Part shown: piece by piece, positions 1 through 43,702 of the stretch
Numbering within the stretch: the first letter of the stretch is position 1
Layout of the letters: every line of letters starts with the position of its first letter
Assembly (NCBI GenBank): GCA_963693365.1
Contig: CAVNZM010000007.1
Location: 1,783,979 to 1,847,978 of the forward strand
DNA: 64,000 nucleotides
Direction: 5' to 3'
Source: Amoebidium appalachense
Taxonomy: Eukaryota > Protista > Ichthyosporea
Program-made: the position numbers and the translations under genes
Notes under the pieces: model-generated
Databases searched by the model: none
What the model was told of the DNA's origin: nothing
What the model saw: the letters and a program-made list of their open reading frames with translations, nothing else

Positions 1-67
1 TTTCCTTTCCTGTTTTTTTTTTTTTTTTTTTTTGGGGGGGGGGGGAGGGGGGGGGGGGGCAGCATAC

Positions 68-246
68 ATTGAAGAAAACGGACAGCTGCCGGTCGTAATG
101 CCACCACACGATTGCTAAACGGAGAGTCGGGGAGATGGCATGGATGGAGGTTTCGGCATGCCATCCAACATCACTATGCGGTGCTGTGACAAATAAGGGG
201 ATGTGCCTGTTTGTGCGTGTATTTTTGTGTGTGTGTATGCGTCCAT

Positions 247-302
<56 letters not shown>

Positions 303-896
303 CGTGTGTAAGAACTGTGCGTGTGAGTACAGAAATGTTTAAGTTTGAGTATACATATGTGTGAGTGGAAGCAAGACCTTGTGGATTGTGGTGCATAGAC
401 CAAGTTCATGTGTGTGTGTGTGCGTGCGTGTGTGTGTGCGTGCGTGCGTGCGTGTGCGTGCGTGGCGTGTGTGTGTGTGCGTGTGTGCGTGTGCGTGTGC
501 GTGTGCGTGTGTGTGTGCGTGCGTGCGTGTGTGTGTGTGTGTGTGTGTGGTTGTGTGCATGTGACGCGAGCGAAGTAATCTGGACATCATGCCCTAAGCA
601 GTTCCTCTTTTGTGTTCTTTGCATGCCGTCGTGTCCCTCCTTATATGTGTGACAAATGTGGTGCGTGTTTCCGTGTTACCACCCTCACCTAGAGCACAAG
701 CCAAGGCCGACCCAACCAGCCCGCTGCCCACAATCAGAACATCACAGTGTTCTGGACTGCCATCCTTCTTGTCATTGCTGCTTGGTGCTTGTACACTTGG
801 ACCAGAAGCAATGGCCAAGCAACGCCTAGAAAATTCGCATCCTGCTGAAACCACCCCTAAAGGGCGGCCAGCTACACCCCTTAGTGAAGACAGCAT
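68..896 (-). CDS. COQ6: COQ6-like ubiquinone biosynthesis FAD monooxygenase, 5' part (exons 896-689 and 206-68; continues off the left edge)
   Basis: ATG at 896; Arg/Ser-rich presequence-like N-terminus, then Rossmann motif [19 protein letters not shown]; GT-AG intron 688-207; exon 2 reads [15 protein letters not shown]...[21 protein letters not shown] (SNRV motif typical of COQ6) but needs a 1-nt correction in a C-run near 130; donor GTATG at 67. Confidence 0.8.
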
Positions 897-1018
897 TTTA
901 AGTTCTGCCTGCTTGCAAAACAATAGCAGGTGAAAGTAGGTGAATCTAGTGGTTGCTTTTAAGTTCTGCCTGCTTGCAAAACAATAGTAGGTAAAAGTAG
1001 GTGAATCTAATGGTTGCC
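897..1018. repeat. ~61-bp tandem duplication (2 copies) directly upstream of the COQ6 ATG
   Basis: tttaagttctgcctgcttgcaaaacaatag(c/t)aggt(g/a)aaagtaggtgaatcta(g/a)tggttgc at ~897 and ~958. Confidence 0.9.
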
Positions 1019-1965
1019 CTCTGACTATTCGGCTTCGGGCAGCAGCCTGGGCTCGATGATATAAGATGTTCCAAGACCCGTCCCAAAGTTTTCTTTGCCG
1101 TTCTTTTTGGATCCTGCGGTGAGCATGCGGGTCCAGATGTTACGTAATCGTCACATTCCTGTCCACAGAAAGAGGTTCGGAACTTCTCTACAAGGGCGCC
1201 ACCGGGAGGGGAGGGGTGGGGGACGTATGCATATTCGAAAGGCAAATCAGGGTCCCGACTGCCTACACGTTGTACATTTGCATAAACACAATTTCTACCC
1301 CCAAACCCTTCAAAATGCACAATATTGCATGTGTAGTAGTTGTACACATAGTGCACCATATTTCCATCTATATGTATCTCTCAATGGACCACCCGGGTCA
1401 ACATCATTTTTCTGCCACTACTTCGTACTATGTTTGTACACGTATGTAAGTGCTAGGCAGTTTCATTTTTTCTTACGTACATGATAATAGATATTCTATT
1501 CTACGCAATAAAAGTAACAAGCTTAAGCTATTATATGACCACCGCACACAATAATTATTTGACAGCTGCCGGCACTCAGCCATTCCCAATTTTCTGTATA
1601 CGTGCTTGCCTCTCACATGACACGAAAGCCAATATTTACGAACCCCAAAAAAGGAAGGAAGAAGCACATTCACTGTAATCGCAAAGCAAGAGAAAGAATG
1701 TGCAAGGAACACATTATTGATAAAATATAAACCAACCCCAAGCTTTACGAACAGAGACCTCTGCAAATATGGGGTATCAAATCAAGTCATTCGTTCTATC
1801 TACGGCTTGTGGTTTTCATGCAACGTAAAAACTAGAGTACTCAAAAGGTCGGTACAATAACAACCAAACACCCCCCAAACTTCTCATACTGTTTTCATCG
1901 ATTACACGCCTGGTACAATCCACACGTTCCATCCTTCCGCCGTCCTCCGCATGACTTTACACCAA

Positions 1966-4483
1966 TCAAATGTCCGAGGAACTGTAGCCGCACAGAAACT
2001 CCACCAAACACTTGACCAAATCAGAGTCACTGGAGGCCACCTTTAACAGGTGCTCAAACCCAGTGCGCCGCTGTTCCACCTGTAAGAAAAAAAACCACCA
2101 CGTCAGGTGGAAAAAAAAAAAAAAAAAAAAAAGGGAAAAGGGAAGGAAGAAAGAAAAAGTATAAACCCATCTTAGCACCCCCCCTCCCCCCTTCCCGTCC
2201 TGCAAAAAATCACGTTTCCCAAAGGCTCTGTCTATTGCCTTCGCCCATCCCACATGGGACTTGAATGAATGGCCACTGTGTGGTTTAGGTCATAACGGAG
2301 ACCAAAAGGTCGAGAAATGCAACTAACGCGAAAGCACAAAACCCGAAGGCACACACACACACACACACACAGAAGCACATGTTAGCATGTGCGGCTACAC
2401 ACCACCGACCACAGGCCACAGGGGTATGCCGTACCCCACCCACCGCTTCACACACACAAGCAGGCCCCCCCTCCCCCTCCCCCAACGACATACACCCACA
2501 CACGCGTGCTCACACACACACACATGCAGGAGGAAAACCACGTACACAAGGATAGGAACTAGGCTGTGATAGAAATGCAAGAATTGAAGCAGAAAAAAAG
2601 AAGAAGTTAGGCTGATAAAGTGCACCCAAAAAACAGGTCCAATAAAGAATTGATGCACGTGCGCAGACTCCAACCAACCCCCCCCCCCCCAGGGTGGGGA
2701 GATGTTCCCACAATGTACCTAACCTGTCTTCCTTACAACATAAGTCTCAGCCAAAACATGTACAAAACTCTTATTTACTCACAGCCCAGAGAGCACCATC
2801 CAATTCTTACCAAATGCATGGAACGGAGTGCTAAACGACCGTGTGTGTGCTTGTGTGTGTGTGTGTGCGCGCGCGCGTGTGTGTGGAAGCAGTGCGCATG
2901 TGTTAATGTGTTTTCTTTTTCTTGTTTTATTTTCTTATTAATATCAAAAATTGGCAATCCTTTCCTTAAACGGCAGGGGGCTGGGAGGGGGGAGGAGGGG
3001 GATTGGGGGAGGGGGGGGGGGGGGGGGGGGGACGTACCACCGAGGGAATCAAGCCACCCCAGAAGACCTTCTTCGGTTTCCACCTCAACAGTTCCCGGAA
3101 CAAACCGCGATCACTCCTCGCCTCCTGTCGCCGCCTGGCACTGCTCAGGTACACCGTCACGAGCTGCTGGTGAAGTGCGTAAAACTCACAGAACCGCCGC
3201 CGGACCGTGAAACTCTGTTCGCCAAACAGTGGATGTTGCGCCATCACGCTCACCGCGTATGTTTGGTACCGCGCATAAAACGGCCCGCGAATGAGGTCCG
3301 CACGAACGGTCATGTGTATGTACTCGACGCATGATCCCGATCTTTCCCGTTTTTTGGAAGCCCACAAAACGGGCGAGCTGGGCCGAGAGTCCACTGTTTG
3401 ATACGTGTCCCAGGACATGAGACTACTGTTGCTCTCCGCACCATTAACATCACTGCCCCAACTACTAACAGACACCTGGTCGTCGTGATGGTAAGGTGAG
3501 GAATTCTGTCGCGACAAACACGTCGAGTTACTTTCGTGGGCGTGATTGCGCGCCGGTGTAAGCCCCCTACTGCGCACAAAATCATTGATGAGCGCAACTA
3601 AAACATCGTGATTTCGTGCCGCCGCGAGTTCGGATGCTGTTTTTCCTGCATCGGTCATTGCCAATGGATCCGCGCCATGTTGCAACAGCATTTCAGCAAT
3701 ACCCAAATGCCCATTCGCTGCTGCGTAGTGAAGCGGCGTCATACCGTGGCTGGTCTGACAAGACGGGTTTGCACGGGGATTAGTCAGTAATCTCTTCAAA
3801 ACATCGATTCTCCCTTTGGCAGAAGCGCGAAGGATGTCTTTGTCCAAATGCTGTTGCGCATGTTGAATGCTGCTAGTCTCAAGGACAAAGTCACGAAACG
3901 CCTCCGCTGACGGGGTGCCTACCACTGGGCCTGCATCCTCATAGCTGACAAAAACAAGAGAGTCCTCATCTGTGCTCGTTGGTAGGCGACCGACACGCTC
4001 GTTCTTATCGTTTTGGATCCTTACGTGGGTGCTGGCGTTGCGATGTTTTGGTGTCTCCGCGATGCTTCCGGATGCTACCGTGCTTGGTACTATGGTCCTC
4101 CTGCTTGGAGTTAGTGGGGCGCTGTTGGTGGATCGCAGCGATTTCGTTGGTGTTGATAACATCGTGCGAGCAACTCCGGACGAGCTATACGGCCTATTCT
4201 TCATTGTTGGGGTTGCCATGTTTGAAGTTTTAGTGTCAGAATGTGTGGTTGTGTGTAAAACTGGGACGCTGTTCCTTCTAGAGGATAGTGGCACGAAATC
4301 ACCGTTAAGTGTAAGCGATTTGTGTACTGGAGAAATGGAGGAAAAGGAAAATAGCTTCTTTTCCGGTTTGTCTGCTATGTTCTTCGAGTGAGAGGAAACT
4401 TTTGAAAGGGGGCTAGCTGGCGAGAGGGTGGATATGGCAGTGGTGGCTCCACGTTCGTTGGGTTTGGAGAGAAAATCATCCAT
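1966..4483 (-). CDS. Ankyrin-repeat + PX-domain protein (sorting-nexin-like); exons 4483-3038 and 2079-1966
   Basis: Ser/Thr-rich N-terminus; ankyrin repeats (GMTPLHYAAANGHLGIAEMLLQHGADP, GKTASELAAARNH); PX domain YQTYAVSV...FTVRRRFCEFYALHQQL...KPKKVFW, joined in phase 0 (GTG|GTACGT ... ttacag|GTG) to VEQRRTGFEHLLKVA...LVEFL-stop. Start codon uncertain; an upstream exon is possible. Confidence 0.8.
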
Positions 4484-6875
4484 AGTTTGGTCCAAAGCCA
4501 CAGACTGATGCTAAGCTTGGTCCACGTGTCACACACGCAAAAGAAAAGTGGGCATGTGCACGACACAAACAGTGTTGTGTATTCAAAGATTAAGTTAGCA
4601 AACGGCTAAAAACGGAACCAAAGCTACATAGTTGAAGGAGGAGTAAAAACTGCTGCAGCAGTGCCGCTGGGTGACTATTCAACAGACCATAAATAAACGA
4701 GGGCGTAATAGGGCAATCACTCAGTGACTCGTAAGCATGTCAGATAAACATGTTGAAGGGAGAACGATGAAAAGCCCAGGAATCGAAAAAAGCGTGCAAG
4801 TACTGTATTGAATGAGACTGCGGCAAGTGCTGAGTGCCATTGTATAACAGTGCACGGCCTTTCATTGGCAAACCCAATTTTGAAACGGACCAGTGAAAAT
4901 GAAACCCCAGTGCTCGATTTTGGAATGCTATCGCCTCTTTCGTGAATACTACAAAGCAGATAAGATATGAACATTAATATTAGTCTATGTAATTTTATAT
5001 ATATATATATATGAATGTATAGAGTTATTTGTTTTCTTGTTGTTTACATTCACACGGTGTGAAACTCCGATGATCACATGACCGTTTGCATGCTATCAAA
5101 AATGTACTTCTAAACCCCCTAAAAAGGGGGTTGGAAATCAATTACGAGCTCGAGCGTGTTTGGAATTGGAGACTTGTATCGTGTATGCTTCAAATCACCA
5201 CCACTAGGTAGTTTAAACCCCGATTTGGTTATAATTAATTCGATATAATTAATGTTTTGATATGAATTTTTTTGCTCTTTGACCAGTCAGTTATTCTTGC
5301 AAACCGACCTACATACATACATTTTGAATCAAAATCTTGACAGAGGTGCAAATTCACCAGAGTGTGAACAGCTGGGTGGGGTGGCATCTTTTCCTAGTCA
5401 CTGGAGACTGCGTTTCTACTTGATGACTGGCTTCCGAAGTTCCATTTCTATGCAGCTTGCACGACCGCGCACTCACGTGTTCATCGTAAAAATACCTTTT
5501 CATTAATATGAGATTAAAAAAAAATGAATTTATTTACACTCAGCCTTGTTTTTCCCTCTGGATGAACAAAAAGCAGCCCTTGTGGGCCGGGGATCATGTG
5601 ACAGCGCCGGCTTGCCCGTGCCGGGCGATACATTCCAGGCGACATCTGCGAATTCCGATTGGCCAACACAATTTGTTGATGTCAACAAGAACCATTCTTA
5701 TTGGCTGTCACAATTACTGCCCTAAAATGGATAATTTCGTCTGACCCGGTAGCTCGCAGTTCGGTTCTATTTGCCGGCGGCTTCAGCCCGACCCGCTTAT
5801 TACACCAGGAGGCTCAGCCGCCTTCGACAACACACAACACAGGGGTACAGAGCTCGGGTTTTCTATGTTTGTGGGGGTTGTTATTCTTGATCTAACTAGT
5901 ATAATAAATTGTAGCTATAGGAAGGAATAGTGAGAGAGAGAGAGAGAGAGAGCGCAGGCCAATAGTTTATTAACTCAAACCTCCTTGCGCCGTCAGGGAC
6001 ATTGTGGGTGTGAAGAGTCCACGCCTGTGGAGCACATCTTGTAGGGTTTGTTTCCTAGGCAATCTTCCCCTTTGTGTAGCCAGATGTTTCGGGACGATGC
6101 CCCCCCCCCCCCCCCCCCCCCCCCCTCTCCCCTCACCCACCCACCTACTGAAAAGCAAACACACATCCATTCCTTTCTTTCCTCCCTGCCTACCCCCCCT
6201 TGTCTTCTCGCTTGTGCCTCACCAACTCACCCAGGGTTCCCTTGTAAGGTTCCTTGCCGGTTGTTAACTTACCCCCCCCCCCCCCCCCCCCCCGCCCCCC
6301 CTCCCCCCTCTTCCCCCCCCCCCCCCCACCTCCCCCCCCCCCACCCCCACATCCCCTACCGCCCCTGCGCACCCACATGGACCCACTACGACCACCACCA
6401 CAACACCGTTGTCTGCATGATCACATCTTCCCTTCGCTCACCTTCCACGATCTTGTGCCTGTTTTTATGGACTGTTTTCTCATACAGCTTGCGTACCGTA
6501 GGGTGTTTGCAAGTTCTCATATTTATTGGGTGCCCTCACTAACTGTTATAAGCTCCGACGTTCTTTTTGATTTGTTTCTCCTGCTCCTATGGCAACACTT
6601 CCCAGAGATGTTCTTTCCACTGCTTACCTATCGCTTGAAGGCGCCCCCTGTTTTCGGCTACCTCTTTCCCGCTTTCTTTATGACTGCCCTCGACTCCCCC
6701 CCCCCCTCCCTCCCCTCCCCCTCTCCTGCGGCCGCCCGCCCCCTCCCTTTTTTCCCTTGTGGTTGGGCTCTGCTTATGTTGCATGCTTTCTGGTGTTTAG
6801 CTCTGATTCACAACCCATTTATGGCCGTCTCTAAGTTGTTGTTTCAGGATCTAACCCCGAGGGGAAGTCTCCAAT

Positions 6876-37815
<30,940 letters not shown>

Positions 37816-38554
37816 ATTTTTTGAGTGAAATTTGGGCGAGAATTGGGTGAAATTTAAAAAGGAGATTTGGTGGTGTTTGAAAAAGGTGAGAGATAAAAAA
37901 GGATATGGGAGGGGGAGTAGATGACTGGGTACAGGGGCGTGTGGTAGTCGTGCGTGGGAGGCTGTGGTGGTGCTTAGTGCAAATGGGTTTCTAAATGAAA
38001 CTAGTCTGTCGCGGCTTGGTTTTTGGTATTCTCTTAAAATTTTCTTCTAATGCTCTGGACATTCATGCTTTGTGTTTGGTGCTGATTGATACGGTCCAGC
38101 TGTTTTTGATTTTTGTTTGTTTGGTTTTAATATTTGTTTGTTTCTTTGTTTTGTTTTGTTTTTTTATTGTTTTTTAATTGCTTTGTACTGTCCTTAGATT
38201 TTTCGTGTTTGCTCGACATAATGATTCGACGGTTTGGCCGGTATTTGTGCAACCTGATGATTGCTTTAAGATGCGAATTTCCATAAAATCAACATCCACC
38301 TGCAAATATCATAACTGCAAAGGAATAAATGTGTGCTGAGAAAGGTTTGAGTTGTGGAATTGCCAAAAGCTAGAGTGCTTCTTCCTCTTTGGGTAAAACT
38401 TTGGAAATGTTGTGTGTGAATGTCAGAGGTTTGGATATCGACTTGAATCACTGTTTCTTCTTGGTTCTCTTCATACTTGAGAGGCACATCTCTGTGATCT
38501 GAAGTATATAATCCATCACACCCTCTGTCTCTCTCTCTTCCCCTTTCCCTCCCT

Positions 38555-38599
<45 letters not shown>

Positions 38600-38659
38600 C
38601 TCCCTTCCTCCCTCCCTCCCTCCCTCCCTCTCCCTCTCCCTCTCCCTCTCTCTCTCTCC

Positions 38660-39075
38660 CTCTCTCTCTCTACCCCCCTTTCTCTTTGTCGCCCTCTCCC
38701 CGCCTGTCTTTCGAGATCTCCCCCCCTCTCTTCCTCTTTAAAATTTGTCTCTCTCCCCACCCGGGGCCCCCGTCCCTTTCTCTCCCTTTCCCTCCCCCCC
38801 CTCCTTCCCCCCCCTCTCTCTCTCCCCCCCTCTCTCTCCCTCCCTCTCTCTACCCCCCTTTCTCTTTCTCTCCCTTTCCCCGCCTGTCTTTCGAGATCTC
38901 CGGATCCCCCCCTCTCTTCCTCACTAAATTTGTCTCTCTCTCCACCCGGGGCCCCCATCCCTTTCTCTCCCTTTACCTCCCCCCCCCCCCCCCCCCCCCC
39001 CCCCCTCTCTCTCTCAATCTCTCCCTCTCTCTCTTTTCTCTCTCTCCAGGCTCTCATCTCCCCCCGGGCCATGTC
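38660..39075. repeat. ~180-bp pyrimidine-rich tandem duplication (2 copies plus a partial)
   Basis: cccgcctgtctttcgagatctcc at ~38699 and ~38879, each followed by aaatttgtctctctc...cccggggcccc. Confidence 0.8.
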
Positions 39076-39118
39076 TCTCTCCCTGTGTGTATTTGTGTGT
39101 GCAGTACTATGGGGTGGA

Positions 39119-39795
39119 AAGGAACAAAATCGATTTGCACGCCGATTTACCGCGGTTTTGGCGAGCTGCTATTGGTCAACGCCGGGGAGCAATGGTGCTG
39201 TTTCAACCAATCGCTACAAAAGACGCGCCGTTGACACATGTACAACTGGATCGGAAACTCGGTTGAAAAAAACACTGTGACTTTGAAACGCTAAGGAAAA
39301 GCAGGAAAGAAAAATCCACTAATTCACTTTCAGCTTTTCGTCTAATGTTTCTTCCCTCTTTTCGCTTCCTTGCAAGTTTCGAGTATTCACGGTTGTATGC
39401 TCGCTTTCGGGACCCTGGGCTCAGGTTTCCCAGGTCGCCAAGTGCACTTTCGTAAGAGCGCTAGCGCTTGGACGACATGGCGCGTGCAAATGAGCTAACA
39501 TTTCAATGAGACATGTGGGAAAACAGAAACAGGAAAATGATGAGGTTTTCAACAGCGAGGCGAAAACTCAGAAACTGGAACGGGCCGTATATTACACACT
39601 GTGTGGCGAGTGTGCTCAACCATGATGATGCCTGCGCGCGGCCTGCGATGTGAACCGTCCTATTGTAAGTAGTATCACGAAATTTCCCGCCAAAAAAAAA
39701 AGCTCCGTTAAAAGATTTTGATTGGTTCATACGTTTTCAATTTTAACCAATTAGGTAACTCCACAGCAGTGGTATGCAAATCGATTTTGTTCCTT
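39119..39795. mobile_element. Putative non-autonomous DNA transposon bounded by 21-bp inverted repeats
   Basis: aaggaacaaaatcgatttgca (39119-39139) and its exact reverse complement (39775-39795); no clear TSD. Confidence 0.55.
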
Positions 39796-41338
39796 GCCGG
39801 AGGCAAGACCATTTCTCGCTACCGTCGTGGCTCCCCGAGACTCATGGACATGAAATCAGAGGCAAGTACGGGAGTTTATTTTTTTTAAAAAAATAAAATA
39901 AATACTCTAAAAGAATATAATGAATAACTGTTGATGAATATCTAACGAACCATCCTTGTTGCCATCGAGCGGTCCATCCACACACACGCGCGCCACCGTG
40001 ACCCCCCCCGCACCTCCCCACAGGGAGAGGCCGTGTGTTTACACCGAGCTCGACTACCTAGTAGAGACCGTGCATTGACTCACAATGTCGTATATAAGAG
40101 GTTCTGCTCGGGAAGAAGAGAGGCTCACTTGCCCATGTAAAGGGAAGCAGAGCACGTATTTGTAATGCTTGGAGTTCAGAAATTTCACTGTGACTGTATA
40201 GGCAGAGAGACAGACAAAATTTACGTAGTTTTTCACTCTACAAGACTCCTCAGCGCTAGCGAGCTAATCAGCATCCTGAAGGGAAAAGACAAATGTAAAA
40301 GTCGTATTAACATCTAGAGCGAAAAAAGGAACCTTGAAAATGAGGAGAACGAGCTGAAATCAACAGAAAAAAGGACAGCTAGCTAAGGCAACTAGTTTGT
40401 GCGCTTTTACGCTAGCACCACCAAACTTAGTTCAACCAACTAACTCTACAAATCCCTTTTACCTCTGATGCCAGACACTCACACAAACGCTAAAACGAAA
40501 ACCAAAGACTGAAATCCAAACGACATGTACTCCTTTTTATACCCGTTCCCACGATGCATTTGGAATTTGATGCCAGACTGAAGAAACCAATCAAATGCTT
40601 TAAAATCTGACCAAATCAGAACATGCAATCAAAACCAAACCACACTAACTATATATGGAAGCCAGCAATCCAACACAACTAATGCATGACAAATAACCAA
40701 TCACCTCACCGCAATGCCACTCGGTGGATCTTCGTCTCTCACCGCTGCCTCCTCCCGCTTGAAAACCACATTTCACCCGCATAGTAGGAGTGCGTATGAT
40801 ATGTATACGTGTGCGGATCAGGATTCAAGCCCTGCTACTCAACGAGGCCTACTAATCTATATTATTATTAGGCTCTACTTCGTTTGAATCTCCCGCCCAG
40901 ATGGTGATTGGCTTAACAATTGTTTTGCCTATATATGGTAGATTCCTTTCTATATCAGTCAACTGCGCATGCCCAAACCAAGAAACTGCAACAACGGACT
41001 CGACGGAATGGCCTCCTTCTCCAAGGAAGCTCTCTCTCTCCATCGCCAGTTGATGATTTTATAGTTGGTTCACAAGCGAAGGAGTCGACGAAGCGCATGT
41101 ATGCACTGAAGTTGTACAAACCTATATAGCACCTCACATACATGTGCCTGTTCATGCTAATATTAGCCCAACAAATTACTGCTCATTTTGGCAGCATTGT
41201 AGCACACAGGCACAACGTGCACTAGAGCATACCGCTACTCTTGTTAGCTGTGCCTTCTGTTTACGTGTATTTACAACCTGCACAATACCAATTTTTTTTA
41301 GTGTCCCCCTGAGGTGTTTTAATTGGCGTTAGCATAAC

Positions 41339-42223
41339 ATGCCGAGTACATGCTGTCAAGTGAACTGCAATGCAAGATGCAAAGTAGGAGCAAGTGTTTC
41401 CGTTCCGCGAGACGTGGACAGGCGGTTAGAATGGCTAACGTTACTAGGCAGGAACGTGGAAGGCTGTAAGCTATCTGAGGCATACATGAACAAGAACCTG
41501 AACTCCATTCCTGCTACTAGGATTATGGTATGCAAAACCCACTTTCCGCCAGGTTCCTTCGATGAAAAGAGTAGAGTAAAGAGCTACGCAAAACCCTATT
41601 CGGTGTTTGGAGGTGACAATTTGCCGGAATCAGGAACGTTTCCCCCGAAAGCAGTTCGTCGCTCGCCAACACAGCCACAGCGTTGCACAAAAAAACGGAT
41701 TAAAACCCAAGATTTAGTACATGCCACCAAGGAAGAACATGCTTCGACACCACCAGCCACCCCTTCAAGTCCGCCTACCACACCATCTGAGCATCTCTCG
41801 TTAGAGGAGCAAATGACAGCTTTGAGAGAGGAATTAGCGGAGGTAAAAACGGTAGTGAAGGACTTGCGCGCTCAAGTAGCAGAACTCAGCGTACAACTGG
41901 TCGATAAAAACGGGGTGGGGAAAGACGTGCCGCGCCACAATGCACCGTACATGCCATACCCTCCATCCTATCCGCCTTTCATGCCCCCTCCAGGCACGTT
42001 TCCAACCCCCCAACATGGTTTTCCTTGGATGCAACCTTTGCCCGGTTCTGGACAAGCCGGTGTTGGTGGTGATGGTGTTTGGAAGTCGATTTGGAAAGAG
42101 CTGCGGGTGGTTGAGAAGAAAGAACGCAGGAGGGGGACTCGTCGAAGAATAAACAAAGTCACGACGCAGGATGTTGATGGCGGCAACATAGACAATCTTA
42201 GCCCGAGCAGCCCACGACAGTAG
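41339..42223 (+). CDS. THAP-domain (C2CH zinc finger) protein with coiled coil and XRN1-derived Pro-rich tail, intronless, 294 aa
   Basis: N-terminal MPSTCCQVNC...VPRDVDRRLEWL...IMVCKTHFPPGSF...YAKP matches the THAP signature (C-x4-C, P, W, C-x2-H-F, AVP-like box); heptads LEEQMTALREELAEVKTVVKDLRAQVAELSVQL; APYMPYPPSYPPFMPPPGTFPTPQHGFPWMQP matches XRN1 37429-37524. Confidence 0.8.
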   Translation: MPSTCCQVNCNARCKVGASVSVPRDVDRRLEWLTLLGRNVEGCKLSEAYMNKNLNSIPATRIMVCKTHFPPGSFDEKSRVKSYAKPYSVFGGDNLPESGTFPPKAVRRSPTQPQRCTKKRIKTQDLVHATKEEHASTPPATPSSPPTTPSEHLSLEEQMTALREELAEVKTVVKDLRAQVAELSVQLVDKNGVGKDVPRHNAPYMPYPPSYPPFMPPPGTFPTPQHGFPWMQPLPGSGQAGVGGDGVWKSIWKELRVVEKKERRRGTRRRINKVTTQDVDGGNIDNLSPSSPRQ

Positions 42224-42879
42224 GTTTTGCGTAACATGGGTTAAGATTTTGTACTAGAGAGAGAAAAATGAGGGAGGTGATGCGCGGGTACGAGAATATG
42301 TGTGGTGTCTGCTGTGTGCCTGTGGTGGTGTATGGTGGAAAGTGATCATCCACTTGCAGGGACTGAAGTCTTCTTTCGCTTTCCTTCAGAATATTTTCCC
42401 GGATTTTATTAATGCTTTTTATTTTCTTTTCCCCGCTGTAATTTGAATTTTTCCGCTTTTTTTTAGCCATTCGTCCTCGGCCACTTTAGTGCATATTTGC
42501 TTTTTTTTTTATTTTTTATAATGACTTTATTGATATGCTCATGGAAGAGGAAGCAAGCCGGAGATATCACGGATATCGATATATCTCAGAGAAGAAAATA
42601 CAAAAACCCCTACTCACGGATACGGAGGCATATTTGCCACCTAAAATGGGTGTCAACTGTTGTTCTTCTCTGCTTACATCCAAAAGCCACGTTCACTTGC
42701 AATCCGCCACGATTTTGAATGAGCACAAGAAGTGATGCAGGTAGGGTGCTCGAAATGCCAACGTGAATGTCGGGCTTGGGCTTGGGAAATCAAACTGTAA
42801 ATCGACTTTGTTCGCTGTTTCGAAGGTCATGGATGCCCCCCCCCCCCCCCCCCCCCCCTTCCCCCATCCCCCCCACATT

Positions 42880-42937
<58 letters not shown>

Positions 42938-43295
42938 ACAACCATTGCCACTGCCACCAACATCGTTAATTAAATGAAAATAAAAATTCATAATGAAAAT
43001 TTTAAGAACGACAAACAAACGGTGAAGGTGATATTAAGAGCAATGGTGGCTACTAACACTGTTATATAGCATATTATTATAAAATCACCCACCCATCCCC
43101 TTGGAACTGCTTGTGCACCTGCAGCTACATGCGCAGTGTATTGAAAGTTTTTCCTGGCTCACCAGAGCCGCTCTGTTCCGGTATGTCTGACTCTACTTCG
43201 AGTTTAAAGAAATCCTTCTTCTCTTTCTTCTCCTTCTCTTTCTTCCTCCTCTCTCTGTGCGTGTCACTCTATCTCTATCTATCTATCTATCTGTA

Positions 43296-43361
<66 letters not shown>

Positions 43362-43561
43362 CCTCTCTCTCTCGTCTCTCTCTCTCTCTCCCCAATTTTC
43401 TTTTTCCCACCTCCCTCAACTTGCTCCCTCTCATATTGCATCATTGCAACCTTTGTTACTCTGTGCTTGTGCATGTCTGCTCGGGTGATTATGTGTTATG
43501 CGGTCTGTGAACGGCTTGTCCACATGTAAAAAAGGAAATTGTGCTGTGTGCACATTTGTGC

Positions 43562-43702
<141 letters not shown>

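Noticed and set aside
40240-40390. Short Lys/Glu-rich reading frame upstream of the THAP gene
   Set aside because: Interrupted by stops, no start or motif; cannot be supported as a transposase remnant.
43125-43180. Isolated exon-like segment (cag|CTAC...TCCG|gtatg)
   Set aside because: No partner exons or recognisable protein could be assembled around it.
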